Source of the DNA: a virus
IMG/VR virus record: IMGVR_UViG_3300032268_001411
Coordinates: 11,594 to 75,593 of that record
Reading direction: 5' to 3' (one strand)
Length of the DNA: 64,000 nt
The position numbers were made by a program, and so were the translations under genes. This document shows, piece after piece, positions 1-10,016 of the stretch (position 1 is the stretch's first letter; each line of letters starts with the position of its first letter). Below the pieces are notes generated by a model that saw only the letters and a program-made list of their open reading frames with translations, ran no database searches and was not told the DNA's origin.

Positions 1-1312
1 TAGCTCCGTATTTTTCTTTTATTAGTGCTTCAAATGGTAGGGGCTTACCAACATTTTCACTATTTTGAACAATTTGTTTACCTATTGCGATTTGAACATT
101 TTTATTTAGTTTTTCTCCTTCTTTTGACATATCAATCAATTCTTGAAGTAACTTTACTAAATTCGGCAAATTCACAGTTTTTGCTGCATTCAATATTTTC
201 CTCCAAGATGCTTTTGAATGAATCTCTGTCAATCTTATCACTTCCACATTCTCATAAATCGGGAGTGATTCGTTTTCAAAATAGAAACTCTCCTTTTTGG
301 ATAAATTTTTTGTATATACTGATTTTTGGGGAGAAGCAGATGTGTAATTATCATTCCGATCTTTAAAGGCAACAAATGTACTATCTTTACCTATTTGATT
401 CCCTTTGATATCATCTTTAGTTAACCATTTTTTATCCAGACCAGCAGATATAACATTGGTTGTTGAGATTGCTAAGGTAGGGAGTTTTTTACCATTTTTA
501 CTGGTATGAATGTATTCTTTACCAGGTTGGATATTATCTTTTTTTGTTTGGGTATCACCCTCTATCAAGACTCTTTTATTCTGAATTATAGCATTAATAG
601 ATATAAGTGATTTAAAAATTTGAGTTACTTGCCAGAAAAAATTAAGTTCAGGATTCTTCTTTAAATCACCACCACTCATCTTTGATGGGTCTATATTTGA
701 ACTTTCACCATCACCTCCCTCACTATCTCCTCCTTCACTATCTCCCTCTTCATCTTCCCCTCCTTCTTCCTCTTCACCCTCCTTTGGTTCAAATTCAACT
801 TCCTTTAGAGCATCTCTAAATGCAATCAATTTTTTTAGGAGCTCGTCCTTTTCTGGTAAATATTCTTCTTTGATTTGTTCGACAGATTTGATACAATCGT
901 TCAATAACCCATCTTCATCATCTTTACCATCTCCTATTAAAGTTGTACACTTTTCATTAGTGCTAGCGTCACTTGATACAACGTTGAAAACTTCTGTTAG
1001 AAGACTGATTACTTTTAATTTTTCAATTTTTCTCTTATTGTTTTCCCCCTCGATTACCAAATCACCAATTAATTGATTAAGTTCATTTTCCACTTGAGAT
1101 ACTACACTATTAATTCGTAAACTTTTTGCATAAATCTTAGACTTTCTAATAAAAGAGTTTATAAGCCTACCCAACAAAGATCCACCCCAAGTGATTTGAT
1201 TTTCTAACGTTTCTCTTACTAATTGAGAACCACTATAATATTCTTGTATATTAGAGCTTTCTAACTTTATTTCTTTGTTTAGAAAATCATTTCTATTTTT
1301 TAAATATCTCAT
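1..1312 (-). CDS. Large hypothetical protein, runs off the left edge; CTS-like leader and acidic EGGDS low-complexity tract
   Basis: Not in the ORF track. ATG at 1312 reads MRYLKNRNDFLNKEIKLES...TLENQITWGGSLLGRL; TAATATATA at 1336-1344 on the minus strand. Confidence 0.75.
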   Translation of the reverse strand, partial: MRYLKNRNDFLNKEIKLESSNIQEYYSGSQLVRETLENQITWGGSLLGRLINSFIRKSKIYAKSLRINSVVSQVENELNQLIGDLVIEGENNKRKIEKLKVISLLTEVFNVVSSDASTNEKCTTLIGDGKDDEDGLLNDCIKSVEQIKEEYLPEKDELLKKLIAFRDALKEVEFEPKEGEEEEGGEDEEGDSEGGDSEGGDGESSNIDPSKMSGGDLKKNPELNFFWQVTQIFKSLISINAIIQNKRVLIEGDTQTKKDNIQPGKEYIHTSKNGKKLPTLAISTTNVISAGLDKKWLTKDDIKGNQIGKDSTFVAFKDRNDNYTSASPQKSVYTKNLSKKESFYFENESLPIYENVEVIRLTEIHSKASWRKILNAAKTVNLPNLVKLLQELIDMSKEGEKLNKNVQIAIGKQIVQNSENVGKPLPFEALIKEKYGA

Positions 1313-1517
1313 TAATTTTTTGATTAAATTTTTAGTATATATTATTTTTGATTTCTTTAAAAAATAAAAATTTTGATTTAATTGAATAATTTCAGTTCAA
1401 ACACATATTTTTTATTTTTAATTTTGAATTCCGGTAAATTTTGAAAATTTTCTAATATTAGTTTTTTAATCCCAAATTATCTTGATATATAAGATTATAA
1501 TATTAAACTTTAGTGAT

Positions 1518-1802
1518 ATGAGATTCTCAGAGCTTATTTACAATGACGAAAAAATTTATAGTGACTATAAAATCAATAGAATCCTCGAGAAGGAAAAGAT
1601 GCAATGGTTAATCGATTCAGAAATCGAGTGTGCAAAAATCGAAATCAAAAACAAAACTCTGGTATGGCATGATGGTTACTTTTTCGGTGACTGGTATTAT
1701 GGTATTTTCAAGAGTGGAGAATTTCACGGCAATTTTGAAAATGGAATCTTAGAAGGCGGTAATTTTTATGGAAATTTTGTTAGTGGAATAAAATTGATTT
1801 AG
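1518..1802 (+). CDS. Hypothetical protein with short G-x-F repeats
   Basis: ORF; likely ATG at 1518; GEFHGNFENGILEGGNFYGNF. Confidence 0.6.
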   Translation: MRFSELIYNDEKIYSDYKINRILEKEKMQWLIDSEIECAKIEIKNKTLVWHDGYFFGDWYYGIFKSGEFHGNFENGILEGGNFYGNFVSGIKLI

Positions 1803-1825
1803 ATATAAAAAACAATTTTCATCCT

Positions 1826-2281
1826 ATGAAAAGGAAAAACCAGTTCAGAGAGAGTAGTATAAAGCTACAAAACAATCCAAAAGATTTTAAAATTACCAAA
1901 ATGAACTCTCAAGAAACTTTATTCGAATTTGGTGAAGTAATCACAAGTGATTTAGCCGAAGCAATTTCAATAATGCTAAGAGAACCTGATATGGCAAATG
2001 ATAAAATTTGGAAAAATATTATTACAGAAAATATTGAACAGGTAGAACCCAGAAGAGCTCTATATTGGTTGACTGGAGGTGACTTAGAATGGACAACACT
2101 CAAAAACTTCAATAAAAATTGGATAGAATGTGAGTGGGACTTTCAAGAAGAATTTGGATTCACTATCATAGAAATATTAAAAAAATCTAAAACTTATGAT
2201 GATGTAAGAAGAGGATTTACAAAAAAATTAAATTTACCAATTCTATACGAATTTGCACTAAGAAAAAACTTTGTAAGATAA
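1826..2281 (+). CDS. Hypothetical protein
   Basis: 151-aa ORF followed by a terminator hairpin. Confidence 0.7.
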   Translation: MKRKNQFRESSIKLQNNPKDFKITKMNSQETLFEFGEVITSDLAEAISIMLREPDMANDKIWKNIITENIEQVEPRRALYWLTGGDLEWTTLKNFNKNWIECEWDFQEEFGFTIIEILKKSKTYDDVRRGFTKKLNLPILYEFALRKNFVR

Positions 2282-2285
2282 AATT

Positions 2286-2316
2286 AAAACCCACCAAAAA
2301 ATATGGTGGGTTTTTT
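2286..2316 (+). terminator. Intrinsic terminator
   Basis: AAAACCCACCA-loop-TGGTGGGTTTTTT. Confidence 0.75.
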
Positions 2317-2324
2317 AATATATA
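2316..2324 (+). promoter_or_regulatory. Putative late promoter TAATATATA (one example of a recurrent motif)
   Basis: Same 9-mer upstream of many genes (+: 4397, 9232, 10003, 13068, 30561, 38603, 39649, 43368, 56474, 60765; -: 1336, 11038, 17302, 35912, 48723, 60017); resembles T4 TATAAATA. Confidence 0.65.
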
Positions 2325-2330
2325 GAAAAT

Positions 2331-3200
2331 ATGGAAGCACATTTTTTTGACATCGATACCCTAGTTAAAGTAGAAGGCAATGCATGGATTGTAGATAAAC
2401 GTAATCCGAAAGTACCAATTATGAAGATTTCCAAGTCTGATTTACATCTTTTGGAAAATGGTATTTATAAAAAACAAGGAAATAAAATAGAATTTAACGG
2501 TAGAACCTTTTGGTTACCAACCGATTTATATAATCAAATCAAAATTAAAGCTAAATTATTCAAAACAGATTTAGCTAATTTAGCAATCTCTTTACAGGAA
2601 TTTTATAATAAATCAGTTGTAGAAGAACTGAAATTTGAATTCAATTTAGAAACTTTATTGACTCTTAAAAATACACAACCTGAAATTTTCATAATCTGCT
2701 CAAAGCAAACTAAAAAAAACTACCAGGTAATTGTAGAAAAATTAAAGGAGGAACTATTAAAGAGCGGTATGAAAGTAAAATCTTTCTACTATATCAGTGA
2801 TACATTCTATAACATTGACGATGACACTATTAGATTCAAAAAATTGAGACTTTTTCTACAACATTTAGTGGGTTTCAAAACTTCTGGACAATCCTTCTCA
2901 ACAGAAGAAATTACACAATATAATAAACTATATTATTATGACGAACAGATTGACACACTTCAATTAGAAATGGAAGTAAATCCAATGCTTAATTTACTTT
3001 ATTCAAATACCAGAAATGGTATAAAGGATTTAATAAAGGAAAATATTAAAGAGCTAGAACCAGTAATAATAATTAATAAAATTAACGATAACATTTATAA
3101 TAGATTAGAAACCACAAAAGTTATTTTAGAACTATCAAGTTTTATTGAGAAATTTGAAGGTTACTCAATTACAAATAAAATTAAAAATAAATTGTTTTAG
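2331..3200 (+). CDS. HAD-like hypothetical protein
   Basis: N-terminal FFDIDTL (DxD) and a later YYDE motif. Confidence 0.5.
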   Translation: MEAHFFDIDTLVKVEGNAWIVDKRNPKVPIMKISKSDLHLLENGIYKKQGNKIEFNGRTFWLPTDLYNQIKIKAKLFKTDLANLAISLQEFYNKSVVEELKFEFNLETLLTLKNTQPEIFIICSKQTKKNYQVIVEKLKEELLKSGMKVKSFYYISDTFYNIDDDTIRFKKLRLFLQHLVGFKTSGQSFSTEEITQYNKLYYYDEQIDTLQLEMEVNPMLNLLYSNTRNGIKDLIKENIKELEPVIIINKINDNIYNRLETTKVILELSSFIEKFEGYSITNKIKNKLF

Positions 3201-3814
3201 TCCTTATTCTTCAAATAGGTATCGATCATATTATTAAGACTACGACTATCAAAAATTTGACCATCCTTTTTATCTTCAGTTTCCTCAGTTTGAGTATTTT
3301 TGACTTCGTTTGATTCCGCTATCTCATTCATACCAAAATCTCTTCTCATATCTTTATAGAATTTTTCTAAATCAGTTCTTTGATTTTGTGAGAATTTAAT
3401 ATTTTCACGAATTTGTGATATCGATTGATTTACTACTTCGTGCATTCTCGCAGAACTATCACCATTATCTACCTGTCTTAACTGAGTTAAAAAGTTTTTA
3501 CGAGTCATTTTTTGTAAGAATATTGTGTCAGCATAAACTTGCGCATCCTCTTTCATCTTATTCTGTATGTAAGGATGTTTTATTACACCCGGGTTATCAC
3601 CCAGATATAAATCCACTAGAGACTCCAAAACTTCACCCGCTTGTGTTTTAGAATCCTCAATATCAGCATCATAATCATAGATTTGAATCTCACCTAAATC
3701 AGGTAAATCCTCTCTTTTAGCTAAATATTTAGATACATCCAAGTCTTTATTTTCTTCCTGAATTCTGTTAAACTCAGATTGTAAGTCGTTTATTTTCTCT
3801 TCCTTTTTATTCAT
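3197..3814 (-). CDS. Hypothetical helical protein, divergent from the terminase
   Basis: ORF; likely ATG at 3814 (MNKKEEKIND). Confidence 0.65.
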   Translation of the reverse strand: MNKKEEKINDLQSEFNRIQEENKDLDVSKYLAKREDLPDLGEIQIYDYDADIEDSKTQAGEVLESLVDLYLGDNPGVIKHPYIQNKMKEDAQVYADTIFLQKMTRKNFLTQLRQVDNGDSSARMHEVVNQSISQIRENIKFSQNQRTDLEKFYKDMRRDFGMNEIAESNEVKNTQTEETEDKKDGQIFDSRSLNNMIDTYLKNKD

Positions 3815-3866
3815 ATCTGTAAGAAAATTGAAATTTCTTATATATATCAAAAAAATAAGGTTTTAT

Positions 3867-4391
3867 ATGGCAAAAGTTGCTCAAAAACAAGAAGAAGAAA
3901 GAAAAATAATTTTTGATACTCAATTAGTCGAAGAAGTGACTAATAAGATTAACGATGGTGTGATTGTTAAAAGATTTCAAAATCCATGGTTTCAAAATGA
4001 AATCGGGGTTAGAAGATCAGGTATAACATTTAGATTAAGCGAAGATGAAATTCAAGAGTATATAAAATGTAAATTAGATATTAAATATTTTGCTGAAAAA
4101 TATTGTAGAGTCAAAACCGAAGATGGATCTGTTAGTAATATAAAACTAAGAGACTACCAAAAAGGAATATTAGATTTATATACAAAAAACAGATTTTCAA
4201 TACTATGCGCAAGCCGGCAAGTGGGTAAATGCTTTAATTTCAACACTTTGTGTAAAATGGAAGATGGTAAATTAGAAAGAATTGGTAAAATATATTATGA
4301 TTTATTGAGAAAAGAAAGAAAATTAACGATTCTCGAAAAAATTAAAATATTTTTGTACAATTCCCTTTTCTCATTAGGCAGGAAGCCATAA
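3867..4391 (+). CDS. terL: Terminase large subunit N-terminal fragment fused to a short N-intein (Cys1 at 4230)
   Basis: EYIKCKLDIKYFAEKYC...LRDYQK...ASRQVGK is gp17-like; Walker A is interrupted by CFNFNTL (intein block A). Confidence 0.9.
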   Translation: MAKVAQKQEEERKIIFDTQLVEEVTNKINDGVIVKRFQNPWFQNEIGVRRSGITFRLSEDEIQEYIKCKLDIKYFAEKYCRVKTEDGSVSNIKLRDYQKGILDLYTKNRFSILCASRQVGKCFNFNTLCKMEDGKLERIGKIYYDLLRKERKLTILEKIKIFLYNSLFSLGRKP

Positions 4392-4419
4392 AATTTTAAT
4401 ATATAAAAATAAAATTTTT

Positions 4420-5436
4420 ATGGAAAAAATTCTAATTGAAGATAATGATGATTTGGTGACTTGTAGAATTTGTGGTGGTCGACATAAAAGATTGTACGGT
4501 AAACATTTTACTGTTAATCACAAAATCACTTCTAAACAGTATAAAGAAATGTTTCCTGGTGCTCCAATTATGTGTAAAAATGATATGAAAAAAACTACTT
4601 TGAATTCAGGTAAGCACATGAAAGAGGATAGATACAAACAAATGTTCCGTGAGAAGGTATTGGGTGAGAAAAATCCAAATCATAGAAGCAGAACAACAGA
4701 ACAGGAAAGAAAGTCGAGAAGTCCATTTTCAAAACAGTTTATTGGATATTTTGATATTGAGAATAAAGAGGATCACATTAGTAAATTTGTTAAAGAAAGT
4801 TTAAAAGATAGAATAACTTCAACACAAAAAGAATATTACATCAAGAAGGGTTTTAGTGAGGAAGATGCAACTAAGCTATTATCCGATAGACAAAAAACAT
4901 TCAGTCTCGAAAAGTGTATTGAAAAGTATGGTGAGGAACAAGGTCATAAAAGATGGTCAGAAAGACAAAGTAAATGGCAAAAAAATCTATTGGAAAATGG
5001 AAATTTAAAATGTGGATACTCGAGTATAAGTCAAGAATTATTTTATGAAATAATTACCTATTATAAAAATAAATCTGATTTAATGGAAGTTTACTTTGCT
5101 ACCAAGAATAAAGAATATTTTATCAATACATCTGATTCTTTTTTTTCTTATGATTTCGTTGACATAAATAGGAAGAAGATTATAGAATATAATGGTGATA
5201 ATTATCATGCAAATCCGAATAGATTTTCTGAGAATGATTATCCACACCCGTTTAATAAAAAACTTGGTTTTTCCTCCAAAGAAATTTGGAACAGAGATAA
5301 TCAAAAAAAATTGGTTGCTGAATCGAAGGGTTTTGAAATTTTGGTGATTTGGGATAGTGAATTTAAAAAAAATAAAAGTGAAATAATACACAAATGCTTA
5401 CATTTCTTGGAAATAGAGACTATTGAAAATATTTGA
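4420..5436 (+). CDS. Free-standing putative homing endonuclease (Zn finger plus Vsr/DUF559-like nuclease)
   Basis: CRICG..H...H; YDFVD..KKIIEYNGDNYH...VIWDSE; lies between the split-intein halves. Confidence 0.75.
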   Translation: MEKILIEDNDDLVTCRICGGRHKRLYGKHFTVNHKITSKQYKEMFPGAPIMCKNDMKKTTLNSGKHMKEDRYKQMFREKVLGEKNPNHRSRTTEQERKSRSPFSKQFIGYFDIENKEDHISKFVKESLKDRITSTQKEYYIKKGFSEEDATKLLSDRQKTFSLEKCIEKYGEEQGHKRWSERQSKWQKNLLENGNLKCGYSSISQELFYEIITYYKNKSDLMEVYFATKNKEYFINTSDSFFSYDFVDINRKKIIEYNGDNYHANPNRFSENDYPHPFNKKLGFSSKEIWNRDNQKKLVAESKGFEILVIWDSEFKKNKSEIIHKCLHFLEIETIENI

Positions 5437-5514
5437 AATTAAGCAATATTTAATGAAAATGAATACTTCCTTTATAAAAGAGATAAGTAATTTAAAAAAA
5501 ATAATCTACTCACA

Positions 5515-7758
5515 GTGAAAGAATTTATAAGACGTATATTAATAAAATTTATTTACTTTCTGATTGAAATCATAGAAAAAATTGAGTTTAGAGAGAGAGA
5601 TTTGGACGAAGAAGATGTTTCGAAAAAAATTCTAAATACAATATCCAATTTGAATTTTAAGGTCCTGTCTGATAGTGGATTTGTGGATTGTACTGATATT
5701 CATATTACGCAACCTTATAGAGTTTATTTTGTTAGTCTTGAGAATGGTTATTTTTTAGAGGCAGCGGATAATCATATTTTATTTGACAAAGATTTTGAAG
5801 AAATTTTTGTCAAAGATTTGAAAATAGGCGATTTTGTTCATACCGATTGTGGGTTGATAGCTGTTAAGACTGTGAAGAGGATGAATAGAAAACAATCCAT
5901 GTTTGACCTGAGTATCGATCATCCGGAACACAGATTTTTCACAAATGGTATATTGAGTCACAATACAATCAATGCTGCCATTACTATGTTACACTTCATT
6001 ACATTCAATAATGATAAGAATATTATGATTGTAGCGAATATCAGGGGTACTACAATTGAAATTATTGATAAAATAAAAAATATTTATGTTCAATTACCAT
6101 TTTTTCTAAAATCCGGTATTAAAAATTGGAATCAACAATCTATCATTTTTGAAAATGGATGTCGAATAAAATCTTCAGCAAGAAGTAAAACTCCAGCAAT
6201 CGGTTTTACCATTGACTTTCTTTACCTTGATGAATTTGCACATATTCCATCTAATATTATTGAGCCTTATTATACTGCTGCCTTTCCAACCGTATCTGCA
6301 ATTGAAAATTCAAAGATTATTATCACTTCAACACCAAATGGAATGAATTTATTCTATAAGTTATTGACTAATGCTGAGAGACCTGAGGGTGATCCTTTGA
6401 AGAATAACTATAAGGCAATGAGGGTTTATTGGTACCAAGTCCCGGGTAGATTTGTTACATATTTTAGATTAAATAATCATAGACTTTATGAAAACGGATT
6501 GACAAAAGAAGAAGTTTTTAATCAAGTTATTGAAGAATTTTCTGAAATTACCAAGGTTGAAATGAAATTCATACCAGATTTAACAAAGGATGTTATTTAC
6601 ATTTATAATAATGAAAATTGCTCGGATATAGATGTTAAAAAATTTATTGTCCGAAAAGAAGATAGAGAAATTTCTATACATTCTATAGCTGAAGTTACGA
6701 CTTGGAAAGAAGAAGCTATTAAAGATATTGGTGGTGAGGATGCTTTCAATCAAGAATATGGATTAAGATTTATAAACGCTACAAGATCTTTACTTAATGA
6801 GAATATTATAGAACATCTATTAAATAATAAAAAACCTTTTATTTATAGGGACATTGAGGAGTTAGATAAAAAGTTAAAATTCTCTTATGGTGATTTGAAA
6901 TGGATTGATGACGAGGATGTCTTTTTACCTGAACAAAGAAAATCTGTAAAGGGTACAATCTCTATCGATATTTCTGAAGGGTTAGGTCAAGATTATTCGA
7001 TAATTAATATTTTCAAAATTAGGGAAAAATCAGATGATGTTATTGAATCACAGAAATTTAAGTATACACATTTAGCAGACTTTTTCTGCTTAGAACAAAT
7101 TGGAATTTATAGATGTAATTACGCTTCTGTTAAACAATTAGCAGAGATTTTTTATCTTTTAGCTTTTGAATACTTTGATTATGAGAATTTCAAAGTTGTT
7201 TTAGAATTAAATAATTATGGTAATGAATTCTTAGCACATTTACCTCACGTCTTTGAAGGAAAAAATAATTATGGTTCTAGTATATTTTTTAGGTATAAAC
7301 ATCGAGCAGATTCACCTGAAGAAAAAGTTGGATTAAAAGTTGGTGAGAATAAAAATATGTTAGTAAAGGATTATCAAGAAGCAATGGAAAAGAAAAATTT
7401 CATTGTTACCAATGAAGATAATATTCGAGAAATTACGACTTTTGTTAAACATATCACTTCTGCTGGTAATATTAGATATGCTGCAGATATAGGGCACGAT
7501 GATACAGTTATGTCTTTAGTAAATGCTGCTTCAGTATTTTCAAAGTTTGATTTTAGAGAAATGGTAGACGATTACGCAAACTCTATTGTAAGTAAAGAGA
7601 AGTTAACCTACTGGAATCAAATTTTAAAACAAGTTGAATACACTGAGATCACTGATTATCAGAGTATATTGGATGTGAATAGAAAAAGAAGAATGGCAGA
7701 ACAACTTAGAAATATGAATACTAAGATTCTTGGAAACAATAATTATGGTAGGTGGTAG
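5515..7758 (+). CDS. terL: Long C-intein (5515-5964) fused to the terminase large subunit C-terminal part
   Basis: EAADNHIL (block B), MFDLSI..HRFFTNGILSHN/T; then YLDEFAH (Walker B), ITSTPNG, DISEGLGQDYS, HDDTVM. Confidence 0.92.
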   Translation: MKEFIRRILIKFIYFLIEIIEKIEFRERDLDEEDVSKKILNTISNLNFKVLSDSGFVDCTDIHITQPYRVYFVSLENGYFLEAADNHILFDKDFEEIFVKDLKIGDFVHTDCGLIAVKTVKRMNRKQSMFDLSIDHPEHRFFTNGILSHNTINAAITMLHFITFNNDKNIMIVANIRGTTIEIIDKIKNIYVQLPFFLKSGIKNWNQQSIIFENGCRIKSSARSKTPAIGFTIDFLYLDEFAHIPSNIIEPYYTAAFPTVSAIENSKIIITSTPNGMNLFYKLLTNAERPEGDPLKNNYKAMRVYWYQVPGRFVTYFRLNNHRLYENGLTKEEVFNQVIEEFSEITKVEMKFIPDLTKDVIYIYNNENCSDIDVKKFIVRKEDREISIHSIAEVTTWKEEAIKDIGGEDAFNQEYGLRFINATRSLLNENIIEHLLNNKKPFIYRDIEELDKKLKFSYGDLKWIDDEDVFLPEQRKSVKGTISIDISEGLGQDYSIINIFKIREKSDDVIESQKFKYTHLADFFCLEQIGIYRCNYASVKQLAEIFYLLAFEYFDYENFKVVLELNNYGNEFLAHLPHVFEGKNNYGSSIFFRYKHRADSPEEKVGLKVGENKNMLVKDYQEAMEKKNFIVTNEDNIREITTFVKHITSAGNIRYAADIGHDDTVMSLVNAASVFSKFDFREMVDDYANSIVSKEKLTYWNQILKQVEYTEITDYQSILDVNRKRRMAEQLRNMNTKILGNNNYGRW

Positions 7759-7872
7759 CACTTCAACAACTTTATGGAAGTATAAAGGCATGAATCTACC
7801 TTCTTTTTGTTGACACAATGTGCTGATTCATGCCTTTATTTGAAAAGTATTCTATTATTACTCAAGATTTTT

Positions 7873-8154
7873 TTAAGCTAATTCCATAGTCACTGTCAAT
7901 CCAGCACTTTTAAGTAAATTATACATTTTTTTGATTGTTTCTTGATCACCTCTTTTCACATCACATTTTCCAGTATAATGCACTAGAATAGCACATTGAT
8001 TTGCTTGTTCTACTTCGTGTTTGCAATATTTAACAAGACATTCAATGACAAACTCAAAGGTATTAAAGTCATCGTTGTGAAGCATTAAAATGTAGGGTTT
8101 AGATAAAATTTCGTCTAATTTTTCTTCTGTTTTTGATCTTGTAATTGTACTCAT
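7873..8154 (-). CDS. clpS: ClpS-like Clp protease adaptor
   Basis: LHNDDFNTFEFVIECL...QCAILVHYTGKCDVKRG. Confidence 0.9.
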   Translation of the reverse strand: MSTITRSKTEEKLDEILSKPYILMLHNDDFNTFEFVIECLVKYCKHEVEQANQCAILVHYTGKCDVKRGDQETIKKMYNLLKSAGLTVTMELA

Positions 8155-8255
8155 AGTTTTATTTTTATTTATTATGTATATATTTTTTTAAAGAAGTTTA
8201 AAATTTGAATATATAGAAACAAAATTACACATTAATTTTTAAAAAACAAATTTTT

Positions 8256-8675
8256 ATGAAAATAGATTTAAAATTAATAATTATTATACTTCTTTCTCTA
8301 CTTTCAGTTTTCTTTTTTTTCTTATACATCAATTCTAATGATGATATTTTAGCAGCAGAAAATAGAAGATTAATGAAAGAAGTAAAATTGATCGAAAAAC
8401 AGAGAGATTCTTTGGCAAAAGAACGCAATTATCTAAGAGTTGAATTTGACAAAATTGAAAACCAAATCAAAGAAAGAGATAATAAAATTTCTGCTTTAGG
8501 TCAGAGGCTAATAGATTCGAAAAAAGAATTGGATTCAGTTAAAAACCAATTGAAAGATTTTTTAGATCAAATGGATAAAATAAATAAGGAAATAGAAAGA
8601 ATTAAAAAATTTCCACCAAAAAGAGAGGGAGAAGACTTGATTAATTCTTTAACAAAAAAAATGGAAGAAAAATGA
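8256..8675 (+). CDS. Membrane-anchored coiled-coil protein (possibly i-spanin-like)
   Basis: N-terminal TM helix followed by a heptad-rich region. Confidence 0.45.
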   Translation: MKIDLKLIIIILLSLLSVFFFFLYINSNDDILAAENRRLMKEVKLIEKQRDSLAKERNYLRVEFDKIENQIKERDNKISALGQRLIDSKKELDSVKNQLKDFLDQMDKINKEIERIKKFPPKREGEDLINSLTKKMEEK

Positions 8676-9214
8676 AATATTTATTAGCTATACTTTTCTC
8701 TATCTCTATTGGAGGGACATTATTTTCACAAAGAAGTTTAGAAATTGACACTATACCGGAAAAAATAGAACAATACCCGGCATGGTTCATACACAAAGGT
8801 GATACGGTTGGCTTAATTTTCACTGTAGAACAGGTTCAAAAGATAGATTCGGATATGGAACTACTTTCTTGGCTTGAAAAAAAAGGATTTACCTGCGACT
8901 CCACAATATCTGTTTATATCAAGGTTATTGATGAGTATAAAAAACAGGTAACAATTTTTGAGACAACTATTTCTGAGCTAAAAAATCAAATATCAGACAA
9001 GAATAGTCAAATCAACAATCTGAAAAAGACGGTTCAAAATTGGGAGAACGATTTTAAATTAGCCGAGGAAGAGATTTTAAAACTCAAAAGTGTAATCACG
9101 AATTCTAATATAAGAATACTGAATCTAAAAACACAAAGAAATTTATCTATTGGTGGTGGAGTTTTAGTTGCTACTGCAGCTACATTAATTACATATTTTA
9201 TATTAATTAAGTAA
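8672..9214 (+). CDS. Signal-peptide, coiled-coil, C-terminal TM protein (possible lysis accessory)
   Basis: Hydrophobic N- and C-termini; ATGA overlap with the upstream gene; no lipobox Cys. Confidence 0.45.
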   Translation: MKYLLAILFSISIGGTLFSQRSLEIDTIPEKIEQYPAWFIHKGDTVGLIFTVEQVQKIDSDMELLSWLEKKGFTCDSTISVYIKVIDEYKKQVTIFETTISELKNQISDKNSQINNLKKTVQNWENDFKLAEEEILKLKSVITNSNIRILNLKTQRNLSIGGGVLVATAATLITYFILIK

Positions 9215-9266
9215 TTTTGAGTTTTAGAATATAATATATAGTATATAAAAATAAAAATTTTAGAAA

Positions 9267-9932
9267 ATGAAACACATTAGAAATTTCGAAGGTTATAAAA
9301 ACAAAAGAAGAAGAGACGATATTATTAAAGAATCTGTTCTACAAGTTAATGATATTTACAAAGTTAGAACTATGATTGATATTCCTCAATCACTTATTAA
9401 CTCTTATGTTAAAAAAGTAAAAGAAACATCTGGAAAAAATTTACGTCAATATTTTGGTGATGTGGATATCGCTGAAGAAATTGTAAAATTCATTGCTATG
9501 ACTCAGCTTGATTCAGAAAAGATACCCGCTAACGCACTATTAGGCGGACAATCTCAGGCACAATCACAATCTCAAGTACAAGTACAAACATCACAAACTC
9601 AGGGTCAAGCACAAACACAGACACAGGAAGAGGATGATTTCGAAGATGTACAATCTCAAGGACAAGGTCAAGGACAGGGTCAAGGACAAGGTCAAGGACA
9701 GGGTCAAGGACAAGGTCAAGGACAAGGTCAAGGACAGGGTCAAGGACAAGGTCAAGGACAAGGTCAAGGACAGGGTCAAGGACAGGGTCAAGGACAGGGT
9801 CAAGGACAGGGTCAAGGACAGGGTCAAGGACAGGGTCAAGGACAGGGTCAAGGACAAGGTCAAGGACAGGGTCAAGGACAAGGTCAAGGACAAGCACAAT
9901 CACAGGAACTTCCAGAGGAAGAAGAAGATTAG
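9267..9932 (+). CDS. Hypothetical late protein with (GQ)39 tract
   Basis: Leader MKHIRNFEGY; upstream TAATATATA; GQ repeat and acidic tail. Confidence 0.8.
   Translation: MKHIRNFEGYKNKRRRDDIIKESVLQVNDIYKVRTMIDIPQSLINSYVKKVKETSGKNLRQYFGDVDIAEEIVKFIAMTQLDSEKIPANALLGGQSQAQSQSQVQVQTSQTQGQAQTQTQEEDDFEDVQSQGQGQGQGQGQGQGQGQGQGQGQGQGQGQGQGQGQGQGQGQGQGQGQGQGQGQGQGQGQGQGQGQGQGQGQGQGQGQGQAQSQELPEEEED
9660..9893 (+). repeat. Tandem 12-bp repeat GGACA(A/G)GGTCAA encoding 39 Gly-Gln dipeptides
   Basis: Directly visible. Confidence 0.95.
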
Positions 9933-9952
9933 TAAAAAAAATTATAACATAT

Positions 9953-9984
9953 AAAAAAACACCGAATTTTCTCGGTGTTTTTTT
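9953..9984 (+). terminator. Intrinsic terminator
   Basis: AAAAAAACACCGA-loop-TCGGTGTTTTTTT. Confidence 0.75.
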
Positions 9985-10016
9985 ATTTTCAATATATTAA
10001 ATTAATATATAGACAT

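Noticed and set aside
25-1076. Plus-strand ORFs 25-366 and 870-1076 and the other short antisense ORFs in the track
   Set aside because: Shadows of longer opposite-strand genes, with no recognisable motifs
4392-5514. Group I intron interrupting the terminase
   Set aside because: Only 28 and 78 nt of AT-rich non-coding sequence flank the endonuclease, too little for a ribozyme core, and split-intein motifs explain the break
8256-9214. Canonical i-spanin/o-spanin pair
   Set aside because: The second protein has no lipobox cysteine and has a C-terminal TM helix, so it is kept only as a weak possibility
9529-9954. Alternative-frame ORFs over the GQ repeat (also 21436-21739 and 25433-25675)
   Set aside because: By-products of stop-free repeats inside real genes
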